From assembly GCA_947632425.1 (NCBI GenBank), contig CANRPG010000001.1, positions 1 through 34,444 on the forward strand: a DNA stretch of 34,444 nucleotides, read 5' to 3'. This document shows positions 1 through 8,392 of the stretch, in pieces. Below the pieces are notes generated by a model. It worked only from the letters and a program-made list of their open reading frames with translations, searched no databases and was not told the origin of the DNA. This DNA comes from an uncultured Clostridia bacterium. GTDB taxonomy: Bacteria > Bacillota > Clostridia > Oscillospirales > Ruminococcaceae. Position numbers and translations under genes: made by a program. Each line of letters opens with the position of its first letter. Positions within the stretch are counted from its first letter, which is position 1.

Positions 1-1780
1 CACTTCGAGCAGTGAATGGACTTGCTTCCGTCAGTCGTGCAGGTTGCTTCCTGATCTATGGTGTAATCTTCGTTCCAGCTGTGACCGCTTGCCGCAAGAC
101 CGTTTGTCTCTTTGGTGTGGCATACTTTGCATTCTCTTTCCTGTGTGCCTTCATCATCGCAGTCGGGTGAAAGAATTTCTTTCCACTCGCCCCAGTCGTG
201 ACCGAGAGCAGGAATAACTTCGCTGTCTTTGGTAAATCCGCATACGGAGCAGTGAATAGAGCGGCTGCCTTCTGTTGTGCAGGTAGGCTCAACATCTATG
301 GTGTATTCCGTATTCCACTTGTGATTTTCAAGGTCAGTGCCCTTGGTCTCGGTATATCCGCAGACCGTGCACTTTCTCTGCTGATTTGACTTGCCGTCAG
401 CAGTCGTTACTTCTTCCCATTCGCCAAAGCTGTGACCCTTAGCAGGTATAACTTCGCTGTCCTTTACGGCATCGCACTTCGAGCAGTGAATGGACTTGCT
501 TCCGTCAGTCGTGCAGGTTGCTTCCTGATCTATGGTGTAATCTTCGTTCCATGTATGACCATTAGCCGCAAGACCGTTTGTCTCTTTGGTGTGGCATACT
601 TTGCATTCTCTTTCCTGTGTGCCTTCGTCGTCGCAGTCGGGTGAAAGAATTTCTTTCCACTCGCCCCATGTGTGACCGTTTGCAGGAATAGTCTCCGAGC
701 TTCCCGGCTTAGAAAGTCCGCATACAGAGCAGTGAATTGACTTGCTGCCGTCATCTGTACAAGTAGGTTCAACGTCTATAGTGGCTTCTGTGTTCCACTT
801 GTGGTTCTCAAGGTCTGTGCCTCTTACTTCGGTATATCCGCAAACAAGGCACTGTCTTTGCTGATTTGACTTGCCGTCGGAAGAAAGTATCTCTTCCCAG
901 ACGCCGTAAGAGTGACCCTTCTGAGCTGTGCGGTTGGTTACCTTAGAAATAACTGCTTCGCAAACGGTGCAGTATGTTTCAACGGTGGTGTAGCCGCCCT
1001 CGGTGCAGGTAGCTGCTTTAGACTCTGTAGTTCTTGTAGCTTCCTTGTGACCTGTCGCAGGTATTGTCTCGGTAGAGCCGGGTTTTGTAGCCTTGCAGTT
1101 TTTGCAGTGTACAGACTTGCTGCCCGCGGTCGTGCAGGTGGGCTCTTTGTCTACGGTCGCCTGTTCTTCCCACTGGTGATCATCGTGATATTCAGTGGTG
1201 TCCTTAGCTCCGCAGCGTGAACATTCGCGCTGCATTTCGCCGTCCTCGCTGTTGGGGTCGTCGTTCCACGGAACCTTTTCCCAATCGCCCCACTTGTGGT
1301 CAAGAGGATCGGTGTAAACTACCACTCTGCCGAACTCGCAGTCGCATACGCTGCATATAGAAACAAGCGTATAACTGCCCTTTTCGGTGCAGGTCGCAGG
1401 TATTTCGTTCTGCTTTACGGTACGTCCTACGGTGTGAGGAGTAGGCTCGAGTACCACGGCGCTGTCGGGTTTTATAGCATCGCAGACTGTGCAGTGTATT
1501 GATTTCTGACCCTGAACAATACAGCTGGGCTGCTTGTCTATGGTGTATTCATCAGACCATGTGTGCTTGCTGTCTATAGACTGTGTTTCAACTATGTGGC
1601 AGGTGCTGCACACTCTCTGCTGGGTCTTGCCGCCGCAAGCTCCTGTTTCAATGTCTTTCCAGTTGCTCCAGTTGTGACCTGTTGCCTTGCCTACGTAGTC
1701 TTGCTTTGTCTGTTCGCCGCAGACATCGCAGATAGTGATAAGATAGCCCACGCCGGGGATAGTGCAGGTGTTGGGTATTA
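1..1780 (-). repeat. Tandem array of at least 15 Cys-containing modules of about 40 aa inside the surface-protein CDS, with a 475-bp DNA-level super-repeat
   Basis: Two module types alternate. Examples: GHTWGEWKEILSPDCDDEGTQERECKVCHTKETNGLAA and GHTWNEDYTIDQEATCTTDGSKSIHCSKCDAVKDSEVIPAK. The pattern is C-x9-11-C-x2-C followed by GH-x-W/F/Y. Nt 1-77 are identical to nt 476-552. Nt 1-195 versus 476-670 differ by only a few substitutions. Nt 195-475 versus 670-950 are clearly homologous but diverged. Confidence 0.85.
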
Positions 1781-3797
1781 TCATCTCTGTCCTTCTGTTG
1801 AAGGGGTTTTCGTATATGTGCTTTCCTGCCAGAGTTACAGTCTTGGTGACCGAGTTGCCTGCCTTGTCCGTAACTGTCAGGGTAACTTCGGAAGATTCTC
1901 CGCTTGTGTTTTCTACTGTGAACTTCTGCGAGTCGCCGCCCTTTGAAGAGTCATACAGAACATCATCGCCGGCGGTAACCTTGTCAAGATTTTTCTCTAC
2001 TACACTTATATCGATATGAGTGCAGTAAGTCTTGCCTTCCTCAATGCCGAGTATCTCAGGCTTGGTAATGTCGTACACAATACCGGCGGTGCTTGCGTAT
2101 GAAGCGTTATTGTCGCCGTCAACAGCCTTGACATAAACTATCTTGTTTCCTTCGCTGTCTATCGCAACGGGAGTTTTATATGCTGTCCATGTGTTGTGAG
2201 CTTTAAGCTCTGCCTCGGTCATCGCCTTGTCGCTTATATAATAGGAAAGGCTGACTACTTCGCTCTTGTCGTCCTTGGCAGATACCTCAACGCTCTTGGG
2301 CGTATTGAAGTACATACTGAACGTACCATCGGTGTGCAGACCGTTCCATGTATGACCGTCAAGAGTAACGGTTATCTCGGGGCCTTTGGTGTTTTTGTAT
2401 ACGGCAGTAAATGTCTTGTCGCCGGTGCTGCCCTTAGCTACAGTTGCATTCTTGTCAGCTTCGGTCATATCTGCCGAAGTCCAGCCGAGGAACTCATGAT
2501 TTGCAAGAGTAGGCGAGGGCAGAGCTATATCTTCATCTTCTTTGGTGTAAGTCTTGGTCGCCTTGCCGTCTGCAACATTCCAGCCGTCTGCTGTCAGCGA
2601 GCCGCCTTGCAGATCGAGTGTTATGGTATAAACCGCAAGAGCTTCACCCGTATAAAGCTGTGTATCAGCTGAAACGGTATCCTTTTCAAAATCCCATTCC
2701 TCTTTGTGCGCGGCATCTTTGTACCATTTGCTGTCAGCGGTAAGACCGTTATCATCGTAGTCTATCTCGGGAAGCTCCAGAGTATCGCCGCCGTTGACAT
2801 ATGCAGCGGCAAGTTCTTTGTCGTTGTACATATAAGAAACTTTGTAAACTCTGTCTTTGTCGCTTGTCTTAAGAGAAGGTGTTTCTTCCGTTTCAAGATC
2901 CTGACCCCAGTAAGCGGTGTCATTGCTTTCCTGCGCATGACGAAGCTCGTATGCAGCTATGCCTTCTTTCAGCTGCTCTTTGGTAAGACCCGTGGCTTTG
3001 TCGCCGTCGGAAGAACCGCCGAAAGCAGTGTGCTTGGGGTTGTGCGTGCATACAGTTGAATCATAAAAGCAGTTTGATACAGTGGCGGTTTCTTTGTTTG
3101 CGCCTACTATATAACCAAATGCTGAACCCGCTGTGCCGTTTGCCGCGCTGTAGCAGTTCTTTATAGTACCGTTGTTATCGCCGGCAATGCCGCCTATTGA
3201 AAACGAGCCCGAGACATTTCCCGAAACATAGCAGTTCTCGATAGTGCCCTTTTCTCCGTTCATTGCGGTAAGAATACCCGAGGTAAAGCCGCCGTTTGTG
3301 ATATTGCCGTCAACGCTCAGGTTTTTTATAGTGCCCTGGTTCATGCCGAACAGACCCAGAGTATAAGTCCTTCCGCCGTTGCCGGTGGTGGTAAGACCTG
3401 ATATCTTGTGACCTTTTCCGTCAAAAGTGCCTGCAAAATAGAAGTTTGCAGTGTTGCCCACAGAAGATTTCGGGTCTTTGCCGATAGGCTGCCACGCCGC
3501 CGTAAGAGCGATGTCGCTTTCCAAAGCGTAATATGCATTAGCATACACGTTTTCTGTGGCTTTGCCGCTGTTTACGGCGTCTCTCATCGCTTTGAGATCA
3601 TCTTCTGTTGAGATCTTGTAGGGTTCATCTTTTGTTCCGCTGCCTTTTAATTCAAAGGTAACGGACGTTTCTTCTGTGCCTGCTGCGGCTGCATTTGCAT
3701 TGTCAAGCAGTCCGCCAAGCGGCAGCAGGGTGAGTGCAAATACTACGGCTGTCAGCAGACCGTAAATGCGTTTTTTCGCTGTCGTTATTTTCAGCAC
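1..3797 (-). CDS. Large secreted cell-surface protein. About 1265 N-terminal aa are visible; the C-terminus runs off the left edge. Order of parts: signal peptide, GLUG-like beta-helix repeats, Listeria-Bacteroides (Flg_new)-like repeats, Ig-like region, Cys-module array.
   Basis: Absent from the ORF track because it is edge-truncated. Hand translation of the minus strand from GTG 3797 (in-frame ATG at 3806) stays open to nt 1. The frame was rechecked at nt 677. GGAG lies 9 nt upstream of the GTG. N-terminus VLKITTAKKRIYGLLTAVVFALTLLPLGGLLDNANAAAAG looks like a signal peptide. GLFGMNQGTIKNLSVDGNI and IGGIAGDNNGTIKNCYS are GLUG-like. YTITLDLQGGSL...LPSPTLANHEFLGWTS is Flg_new-like. Confidence 0.85.
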   Translation of the reverse strand, partial: MLKITTAKKRIYGLLTAVVFALTLLPLGGLLDNANAAAAGTEETSVTFELKGSGTKDEPYKISTEDDLKAMRDAVNSGKATENVYANAYYALESDIALTAAWQPIGKDPKSSVGNTANFYFAGTFDGKGHKISGLTTTGNGGRTYTLGLFGMNQGTIKNLSVDGNITNGGFTSGILTAMNGEKGTIENCYVSGNVSGSFSIGGIAGDNNGTIKNCYSAANGTAGSAFGYIVGANKETATVSNCFYDSTVCTHNPKHTAFGGSSDGDKATGLTKEQLKEGIAAYELRHAQESNDTAYWGQDLETEETPSLKTSDKDRVYKVSYMYNDKELAAAYVNGGDTLELPEIDYDDNGLTADSKWYKDAAHKEEWDFEKDTVSADTQLYTGEALAVYTITLDLQGGSLTADGWNVADGKATKTYTKEDEDIALPSPTLANHEFLGWTSADMTEADKNATVAKGSTGDKTFTAVYKNTKGPEITVTLDGHTWNGLHTDGTFSMYFNTPKSVEVSAKDDKSEVVSLSYYISDKAMTEAELKAHNTWTAYKTPVAIDSEGNKIVYVKAVDGDNNASYASTAGIVYDITKPEILGIEEGKTYCTHIDISVVEKNLDKVTAGDDVLYDSSKGGDSQKFTVENTSGESSEVTLTVTDKAGNSVTKTVTLAGKHIYENPFNRRTEMIIPNTCTIPGVGYLITICDVCGEQTKQDYVGKATGHNWSNWKDIETGACGGKTQQRVCSTCHIVETQSIDSKHTWSDEYTIDKQPSCIVQGQKSIHCTVCDAIKPDSAVVLEPTPHTVGRTVKQNEIPATCTEKGSYTLVSICSVCDCEFGRVVVYTDPLDHKWGDWEKVPWNDDPNSEDGEMQRECSRCGAKDTTEYHDDHQWEEQATVDKEPTCTTAGSKSVHCKNCKATKPGSTETIPATGHKEATRTTESKAATCTEGGYTTVETYCTVCEAVISKVTNRTAQKGHSYGVWEEILSSDGKSNQQRQCLVCGYTEVRGTDLENHKWNTEATIDVEPTCTDDGSKSIHCSVCGLSKPGSSETIPANGHTWGEWKEILSPDCDDEGTQERECKVCHTKETNGLAANGHTWNEDYTIDQEATCTTDGSKSIHCSKCDAVKDSEVIPAKGHSFGEWEEVTTADGKSNQQRKCTVCGYTETKGTDLENHKWNTEYTIDVEPTCTTEGSRSIHCSVCGFTKDSEVIPALGHDWGEWKEILSPDCDDEGTQERECKVCHTKETNGLAASGHSWNEDYTIDQEATCTTDGSKSIHCSK

Positions 3798-3836
3798 ATG
3801 GATCATCTCCTAAGTAAGAAATTTTTGGCAAAACTG

Positions 3837-3852
3837 TTTTTTTTTTTTTTTT
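3837..3852 (-). repeat. Homopolymer T16 on the plus strand, which reads as A16 in the leader mRNA of the surface-protein gene
   Basis: Counted directly: 16 consecutive T at 3837-3852. The tract sits between the predicted -10 (3874-3879) and the RBS (about 3807-3810). On the mRNA it is flanked by GCAAAAC...GTTTTGC inverted repeats and by ACAGTTT direct repeats. Confidence 0.95.
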
Positions 3853-3873
3853 GAAACTGTTTTGCTAATTATC

Positions 3874-3902
3874 ATTATAACACAAACAGGGCGGCTTGTC
3901 AA
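3874..3902 (-). promoter_or_regulatory. Sigma-A type promoter for the surface-protein gene
   Basis: The minus strand reads TTGACA, a 17-nt spacer, then TATAAT. Both hexamers are perfect consensus, and the -10 is preceded by TGT (extended -10). Confidence 0.7.
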
Positions 3903-4012
3903 TGAAAAATTGCGAAAAATCTTTATTTTTTTAATTTGACTTATTCAAAAATTCTTGCATGGTATTTTTGCACAACCCCTTGTGCGATATTTTTCGCGAA
4001 AGTATCAACTTT

Positions 4013-4042
4013 CAACAAAAACGCCCCGAGAGATCCGAGGCG
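4013..4042 (-). terminator. Rho-independent terminator after the decarboxylase gene
   Basis: Stem arms at 4022-4028 and 4036-4042 form 7 bp; the single mismatch becomes a G-U pair on the minus-strand RNA. The loop is 7 nt. The minus strand then reads TTTTTGTTG. The element begins 3 nt after the stop codon. Confidence 0.6.
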
Positions 4043-4044
4043 CA

Positions 4045-5403
4045 CTATTTTAATATAAGTAATTTTTCTTTGTCGCGCGATATTACATTTAGTTTTGCTC
4101 GCCGCATTTCCAAAATGTTTTGTACTATATCTGCTGTAATAACTTCGCCCGGCGCGATAACAGGCACCCCCGGTGGGTATGCCCACACGTATTCGCCGCA
4201 CACTTTGCCTATGCTCTCATCTAAAGAAACAAGCAATTTTTCGCACTTTTGAGCTTGGTATGCCGTTTTATATACCTTTGGCGCGATTATCTCCGGCAGT
4301 GGGGTGCACTGCGCTTTGTGCAGATCTTTGTCAATAGCCGCAAGCGCGTTTTCAAGGCGCAAAAGCCCCTCGTCACTGTCGCAAATGCTTGTCAGCGCCA
4401 CTGCGTACCTCATGCTCGCCATTTCGCACTCGATGCCGTGCTCTCTGCGCAGGCGGTCAAACAGTTCTTTGCCGCTTATGTCGGTATTCTCACAGCATAT
4501 TACAATGCGGCTTTTATCGCAATTTTCGCTGTTTTTTATGTGCAGATGTTTCAAGCTTTCCGCCGCTTTGTAAAAATGCTCTAAACGATCGGTGTGCCGC
4601 TGTGCAAGCTCTTTGCCCTCTTTTTCAAGCAGTCTCATGCACCTGTCGCCAGATGCCATTAAAACGTAAGAAGGGCTGGAAGTTTCAAACATTTGCAGCG
4701 TTTCCGCTATTCTTTCGGTATTTACTTTATCAGAAAAAATGTTAAGGCACGCCACTTGCGTAAGGCACGGCAGCGTTTTGTGCAGGCTGGTTACGGAAAT
4801 ATCACCGACCGCACTTTTACCGTAAAACAGCGGAAAATGCGCTCCGTGCGCTGTATCGCAGATAAGCGGTATACCGCACTTTTCGCATACTTTCGCTATT
4901 TTTTGGGTATCGCTCACAACGCCCTCGTATGTCGGCGTGGTGATGATAACAGCTTTTGCATCGGGGGTGTGTTCTATCGCTTTTTCTACCCCCTCCGCCG
5001 AAACCGAAGTGAAAATACCCGTCTGCGTATCAAGCGGCGGTGTCACCCAATCGGGTGATAAATTGTACAGTTCAATTGCTTTGTATACCGAGCGGTGGCA
5101 GTTGCGTGCGGCAATAATTTTGTCGCCAAAAGAGCATAAAGCCACCACCGCCGCCATAATGCCGCAGGTGCTGCCGTTTACCAGCAGAAAGCTCTTTTTT
5201 GCGCCGTAAAATGCCGCCAGCCGCCGCTGAATGTCGTCAATAACGCCGCTTGCGCGGTGCAGATCGTCAAAGCCTGTTATCTCGGTAATGTCAATGCCAT
5301 AGGGCAGGAAATTGCCCAGAAGATCGCTGTTTCTCTTGTGCCCCGGCATGTGCATGGGGTATAAGCTCAGGTTTTTCAGCTTGTCAAAAAGGCTGTCGCT
5401 CAT
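4045..5403 (-). CDS. PLP-dependent Orn/Lys/Arg decarboxylase family protein (fold type I)
   Basis: 452-aa ORF. N-terminus LYPMHMPGHKR is typical of this family. SLHKTL is the PLP-lysine motif. The 4-nt ATGA overlap with the upstream pfkB gene suggests translational coupling. Confidence 0.85.
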   Translation of the reverse strand: MSDSLFDKLKNLSLYPMHMPGHKRNSDLLGNFLPYGIDITEITGFDDLHRASGVIDDIQRRLAAFYGAKKSFLLVNGSTCGIMAAVVALCSFGDKIIAARNCHRSVYKAIELYNLSPDWVTPPLDTQTGIFTSVSAEGVEKAIEHTPDAKAVIITTPTYEGVVSDTQKIAKVCEKCGIPLICDTAHGAHFPLFYGKSAVGDISVTSLHKTLPCLTQVACLNIFSDKVNTERIAETLQMFETSSPSYVLMASGDRCMRLLEKEGKELAQRHTDRLEHFYKAAESLKHLHIKNSENCDKSRIVICCENTDISGKELFDRLRREHGIECEMASMRYAVALTSICDSDEGLLRLENALAAIDKDLHKAQCTPLPEIIAPKVYKTAYQAQKCEKLLVSLDESIGKVCGEYVWAYPPGVPVIAPGEVITADIVQNILEMRRAKLNVISRDKEKLLILK

Positions 5404-6317
5404 ATGCTTTTCACCACAATTTCGGGCATAAGCGCCATAACGGCTTCTTTAGTTGCCAGATTGCCCGAAAAAACGCTTGCCGAGCCTGCCGCCGCGCCCA
5501 TTTTAAGCGCGTTTGCCATGCTTTCGCCCTGTGTCAGCGCCGCCAGAAAACCAGCCACCATCGAATCCCCTGCGCCAACGGAGTTTACAGCCTTGCCTTT
5601 GGGCGCGCTGCAATACAGCCTCTCGCCGCTTTTGCAGGCAAGCACAGCCCCCATTTGCGCCATTGAGACCAGCACGTTTTCAGCGCCGCTTTCCTGCATT
5701 GCAACGGCATATTTTACCGCTTCTTCGGGGGTGGTGATGCTGATGCCGAATATCTCGCCGAGCTCTATGTGGTTGGGCTTTACCAAAAACGGCTCGCCTT
5801 TCAGAAGGCTTACCAGCGAGCTGCCCGAGGCATCTGCAATTATGCGTATGCCCCTGCCCTTGAGGCGCGTCATTATGTCAAGATACAGCGTATCCGGCAG
5901 GCAAGAGGGTATGCTGCCTGCAAGCACAAGGCAGTCGCCGCTGTGAAGTTTGTCAAGCTCCTGCAACAGGTTTTCAAGGCTCTGCGGCGAAATGTAGGGG
6001 GTATCAGCGTCTATTTCGGTCTCCTCCTCGCCCGAGAGCTTCACGTTTATGCGCGAATTGCCCTGCGGCAGGTGCAAAAAGCGCGTATCAACGCCGCTTT
6101 CTTTAAGAAGCCGTTCTATCTCCGCGCCCGTAAAGCCTGCGGTGAAGCCCAGCGCGGTGTTTTCGCAGCCGAGGTTTTTAAGCACCACCGAAACGTTAAT
6201 GCCCTTGCCGCCTGCCACAATGCGCGTATCATATGCGCGGTTTACAGCCCCTGCCGTCAGTTTGTCAGTCCACACCGTGTAATCCAGCGAGGGGCTCAAA
6301 GTAACGGTATAGAGCAT
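5400..6317 (-). CDS. pfkB: 1-phosphofructokinase family hexose kinase (PfkB/ribokinase superfamily)
   Basis: 305-aa ORF with N-terminus YTVTLSPSLDYT, motif GGKGINVS and C-terminal GAGDSMVAGF. It could equally be FruK or a LacC-type tagatose-6-phosphate kinase. Confidence 0.85.
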   Translation of the reverse strand: MLYTVTLSPSLDYTVWTDKLTAGAVNRAYDTRIVAGGKGINVSVVLKNLGCENTALGFTAGFTGAEIERLLKESGVDTRFLHLPQGNSRINVKLSGEEETEIDADTPYISPQSLENLLQELDKLHSGDCLVLAGSIPSCLPDTLYLDIMTRLKGRGIRIIADASGSSLVSLLKGEPFLVKPNHIELGEIFGISITTPEEAVKYAVAMQESGAENVLVSMAQMGAVLACKSGERLYCSAPKGKAVNSVGAGDSMVAGFLAALTQGESMANALKMGAAAGSASVFSGNLATKEAVMALMPEIVVKSI

Positions 6318-6562
6318 TACAGTATGCCTGCCTCGTCGTCGTCGGTAACTTCGCCGTTGATAATGGCTTTCAGCGTTTCAAATTCCTCGTCTGAAAGGGT
6401 AACGCCCTTGCCCATTCTTGTGTGGTCGGGAGACCATTCTCTTATGTCGTATTTCGGGTCTCTGCCGTTCCAGCTGATGAGGTTGAGCTCCTTTGTCCAG
6501 CCCTTCGCGTTTTCCGAAAGCACTCCCAGACACTCCTTGATCTCGTAAGTCAGTTCTGCCAT
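6317..6562 (-). CDS. YdbC/PC4-like small ssDNA-binding family protein
   Basis: 81-aa ORF. GVLSENAKGWTKELNLISWNGRDPKYDIREWSPDH closely resembles my recollection of Lactococcus YdbC. Its stop shares 1 nt with the pfkB start (TAATG). Confidence 0.8.
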   Translation of the reverse strand: MAELTYEIKECLGVLSENAKGWTKELNLISWNGRDPKYDIREWSPDHTRMGKGVTLSDEEFETLKAIINGEVTDDDEAGIL

Positions 6563-6582
6563 TGTTTTTTCCTCCTGATGGT

Positions 6583-8061
6583 TTATATTTTATTTATAAG
6601 CGGTATGAATTTCCACAGCTTTTTGGGAAGGATCTTCCTTGCCATTTTAAGCATACACTTATAATTTATAACGAATATTACTAAAAAGCAGGGTATCTCT
6701 ACAGCGGCGTAATGCCAGCCTGTCAGCCGAGAGGCAAAGGTCATAGCCGCAAGTATCAAAGTATTTATTATTATCTTTACGGGCTTTAGCTCAAACGGCA
6801 GCAGCCTGCGCGAGTCTATACACCTGAGTATAAATACCGTTATATACGCCGCCACGGTGGATATCACAGCCGCCATAATGCCTATGCGAGGTATGAGTAT
6901 AAGGTTCAGAGATACGTTCACCACGCCTGCCGCAAGGCTTGTCAGCAACGAACGGTTCGACTTTTTCGCTACCGAATAAATAGAGCCCATGAATGTTGTA
7001 AAGCATATGAACACCGTTGAGAACACCAGCCCCGGCGAATACAGCACCGATGCGCGGAACTCTTTGCCTATCCACACGGCGGTAAGGGGTCTTATTATCA
7101 TCAGTATGCCTGCCGCGGTGATGTACAAGAGAGACTGGTTTATATCGAAAACGTTGCTGTAAAACCTCTCGCGCTCGTTCGATTCGCTCTCTGTAATGGC
7201 GCTTATGTTCCACGCGTTGCCGAACATCATGTATATTATAGTCAGCAGGTTCGGTATTTTATAAGCCGCCGAAAGTATGCCTGTTTTTTCAAGCCCTAGG
7301 TAATGCGTTATCATGAAAGAGTCTGAAGTGTTGGTTATAAGCCACAAAAGCTGCGTTGGTATCAGCGGCACACAGTAGCGCAGCATGGCACCCGAAAGCC
7401 CCTTGTTGAAAGGCTCGTTTTTGCCGACAGACAGCCGCGTGTAATACTTATAAAGTCTGGCAGTAAGCATAAGAAAGATTATCGCCACGACATCTGAAAT
7501 TACTATAGATGCCAGATAGCCGACCACGCCCATTTTCAGCACGACCATGAACAGCACGCTGCACACAAGCGTTATAAATGTGCCAAGTATGCCGCTTAGT
7601 GCCACCAGCTTTATTTTCTCCAGCGAGCGCACGAAAGCGTCGCACATCAGCTTGTAGCCGCCTATTGAAACATACAAAAACAGCAGCCACGAGTATGAGC
7701 CTATATACTTTTTCACTACCGAATTATCGTACAAAAAGAACATAACAGCGGCAAGGCAGAGTATGCCTATAAGCACAACATTTGAGCCTATGGTGAATAT
7801 GCGCTTTTTGTCGTATGACTTATCCAGCCCGAAGCGCACCACGGCTTCCGAAACGGTCAGGGTCACCATGGGTATGAGCCAGTTGGCAACGTTGACAAAG
7901 TTGTCGGTAAGACCCAACTGCGATTTGGTGAGGATATTCGTATATACCGTTACCAGAATAAGCGAAAGCACTTTTGAGCTGAAAGAGCCTATCGCGAATA
8001 TGAACGTATTTGTGAGCAGCCCTTTGTAGCCGCGGTTTTCAGCGTTTGCGGTGTCAGCCAT
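6583..8061 (-). CDS. Polysaccharide/oligosaccharide flippase, MOP superfamily (Wzx/SpoVB-like)
   Basis: 492-aa ORF that is hydrophobic throughout, with about 12-14 predicted helices. N-terminus KGLLTNTFIFAIGSFSSKVLSLILV is typical of this family. AGGAGG lies upstream of the ATG. Confidence 0.8.
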   Translation of the reverse strand: MADTANAENRGYKGLLTNTFIFAIGSFSSKVLSLILVTVYTNILTKSQLGLTDNFVNVANWLIPMVTLTVSEAVVRFGLDKSYDKKRIFTIGSNVVLIGILCLAAVMFFLYDNSVVKKYIGSYSWLLFLYVSIGGYKLMCDAFVRSLEKIKLVALSGILGTFITLVCSVLFMVVLKMGVVGYLASIVISDVVAIIFLMLTARLYKYYTRLSVGKNEPFNKGLSGAMLRYCVPLIPTQLLWLITNTSDSFMITHYLGLEKTGILSAAYKIPNLLTIIYMMFGNAWNISAITESESNERERFYSNVFDINQSLLYITAAGILMIIRPLTAVWIGKEFRASVLYSPGLVFSTVFICFTTFMGSIYSVAKKSNRSLLTSLAAGVVNVSLNLILIPRIGIMAAVISTVAAYITVFILRCIDSRRLLPFELKPVKIIINTLILAAMTFASRLTGWHYAAVEIPCFLVIFVINYKCMLKMARKILPKKLWKFIPLINKI

Positions 8062-8105
8062 ACCTTCGCTTGATACCTCCTGACATTATAGATACATACA
8101 TATTC

Positions 8106-8133
8106 ATTATAACACATTTTTGGAAAAATGCAA
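8106..8133 (-). promoter_or_regulatory. Sigma-A type promoter for the flippase operon
   Basis: The minus strand reads TTGCAT, a 16-nt spacer, then TGT-TATAAT. It is divergent from the plus-strand promoter at 8159-8187. Confidence 0.55.
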
Positions 8134-8158
8134 CTGCTTATTTTTTAAACAATAGGTA

Positions 8159-8187
8159 TTGCAAAATCTTTGTAAAAATGTTATAAT
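8159..8187 (+). promoter_or_regulatory. Sigma-A type promoter for the plus-strand operon that starts at 8253
   Basis: TTGCAA, a 17-nt spacer, then TGT-TATAAT, about 65 nt upstream of the small ORF. Confidence 0.55.
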
Positions 8188-8252
8188 GATTATATATGAC
8201 TTGTAGATATAGCTTGCAGATATAAATACATAAATTTATGGAGGATAACAAG

Positions 8253-8387
8253 ATGAAATTTATTGAATTTTTGCTCAAAACAATATGCGTTATTCTTGCG
8301 GCGAAGATACTGATAACGGTCATCAGCGATATTTGCGGAAACTTCGCCAAGCCGCGCTATTTTGAAGCAGATATTGCACAGAGCTGA
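8253..8387 (+). CDS. Small hydrophobic protein (44 aa, one predicted TM helix)
   Basis: Below the ORF-track size cutoff. GGAGG lies 8 nt upstream of ATG 8253. Translation is MKFIEFLLKTICVILAAKILITVISDICGNFAKPRYFEADIAQS. The ORF ends 5 nt before the next gene. Confidence 0.5.
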   Translation: MKFIEFLLKTICVILAAKILITVISDICGNFAKPRYFEADIAQS

Positions 8388-8392
8388 CCGAT

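Noticed and set aside
198-3611. Many 60-160-aa ORFs in the track on both strands (for example 912-1220 +, 1563-1946 +, 2196-2672 +, 2706-3059 +, 56-295 -, 530-772 -)
   Set aside because: All lie inside the long open minus-strand frame of the surface-protein gene, either on the opposite strand or out of frame. Their translations are Cys/Arg/Val-rich shadows without motifs. The repeated pairs (56-295 and 530-772) simply mirror the 475-bp DNA repeat.
5404-6548. Plus-strand ORFs of 180 and 259 aa antisense to pfkB and the YdbC-like gene
   Set aside because: These are antisense shadows of confidently assigned genes. Their composition is Ala/Arg/Pro-rich, with no RBS and no motifs.
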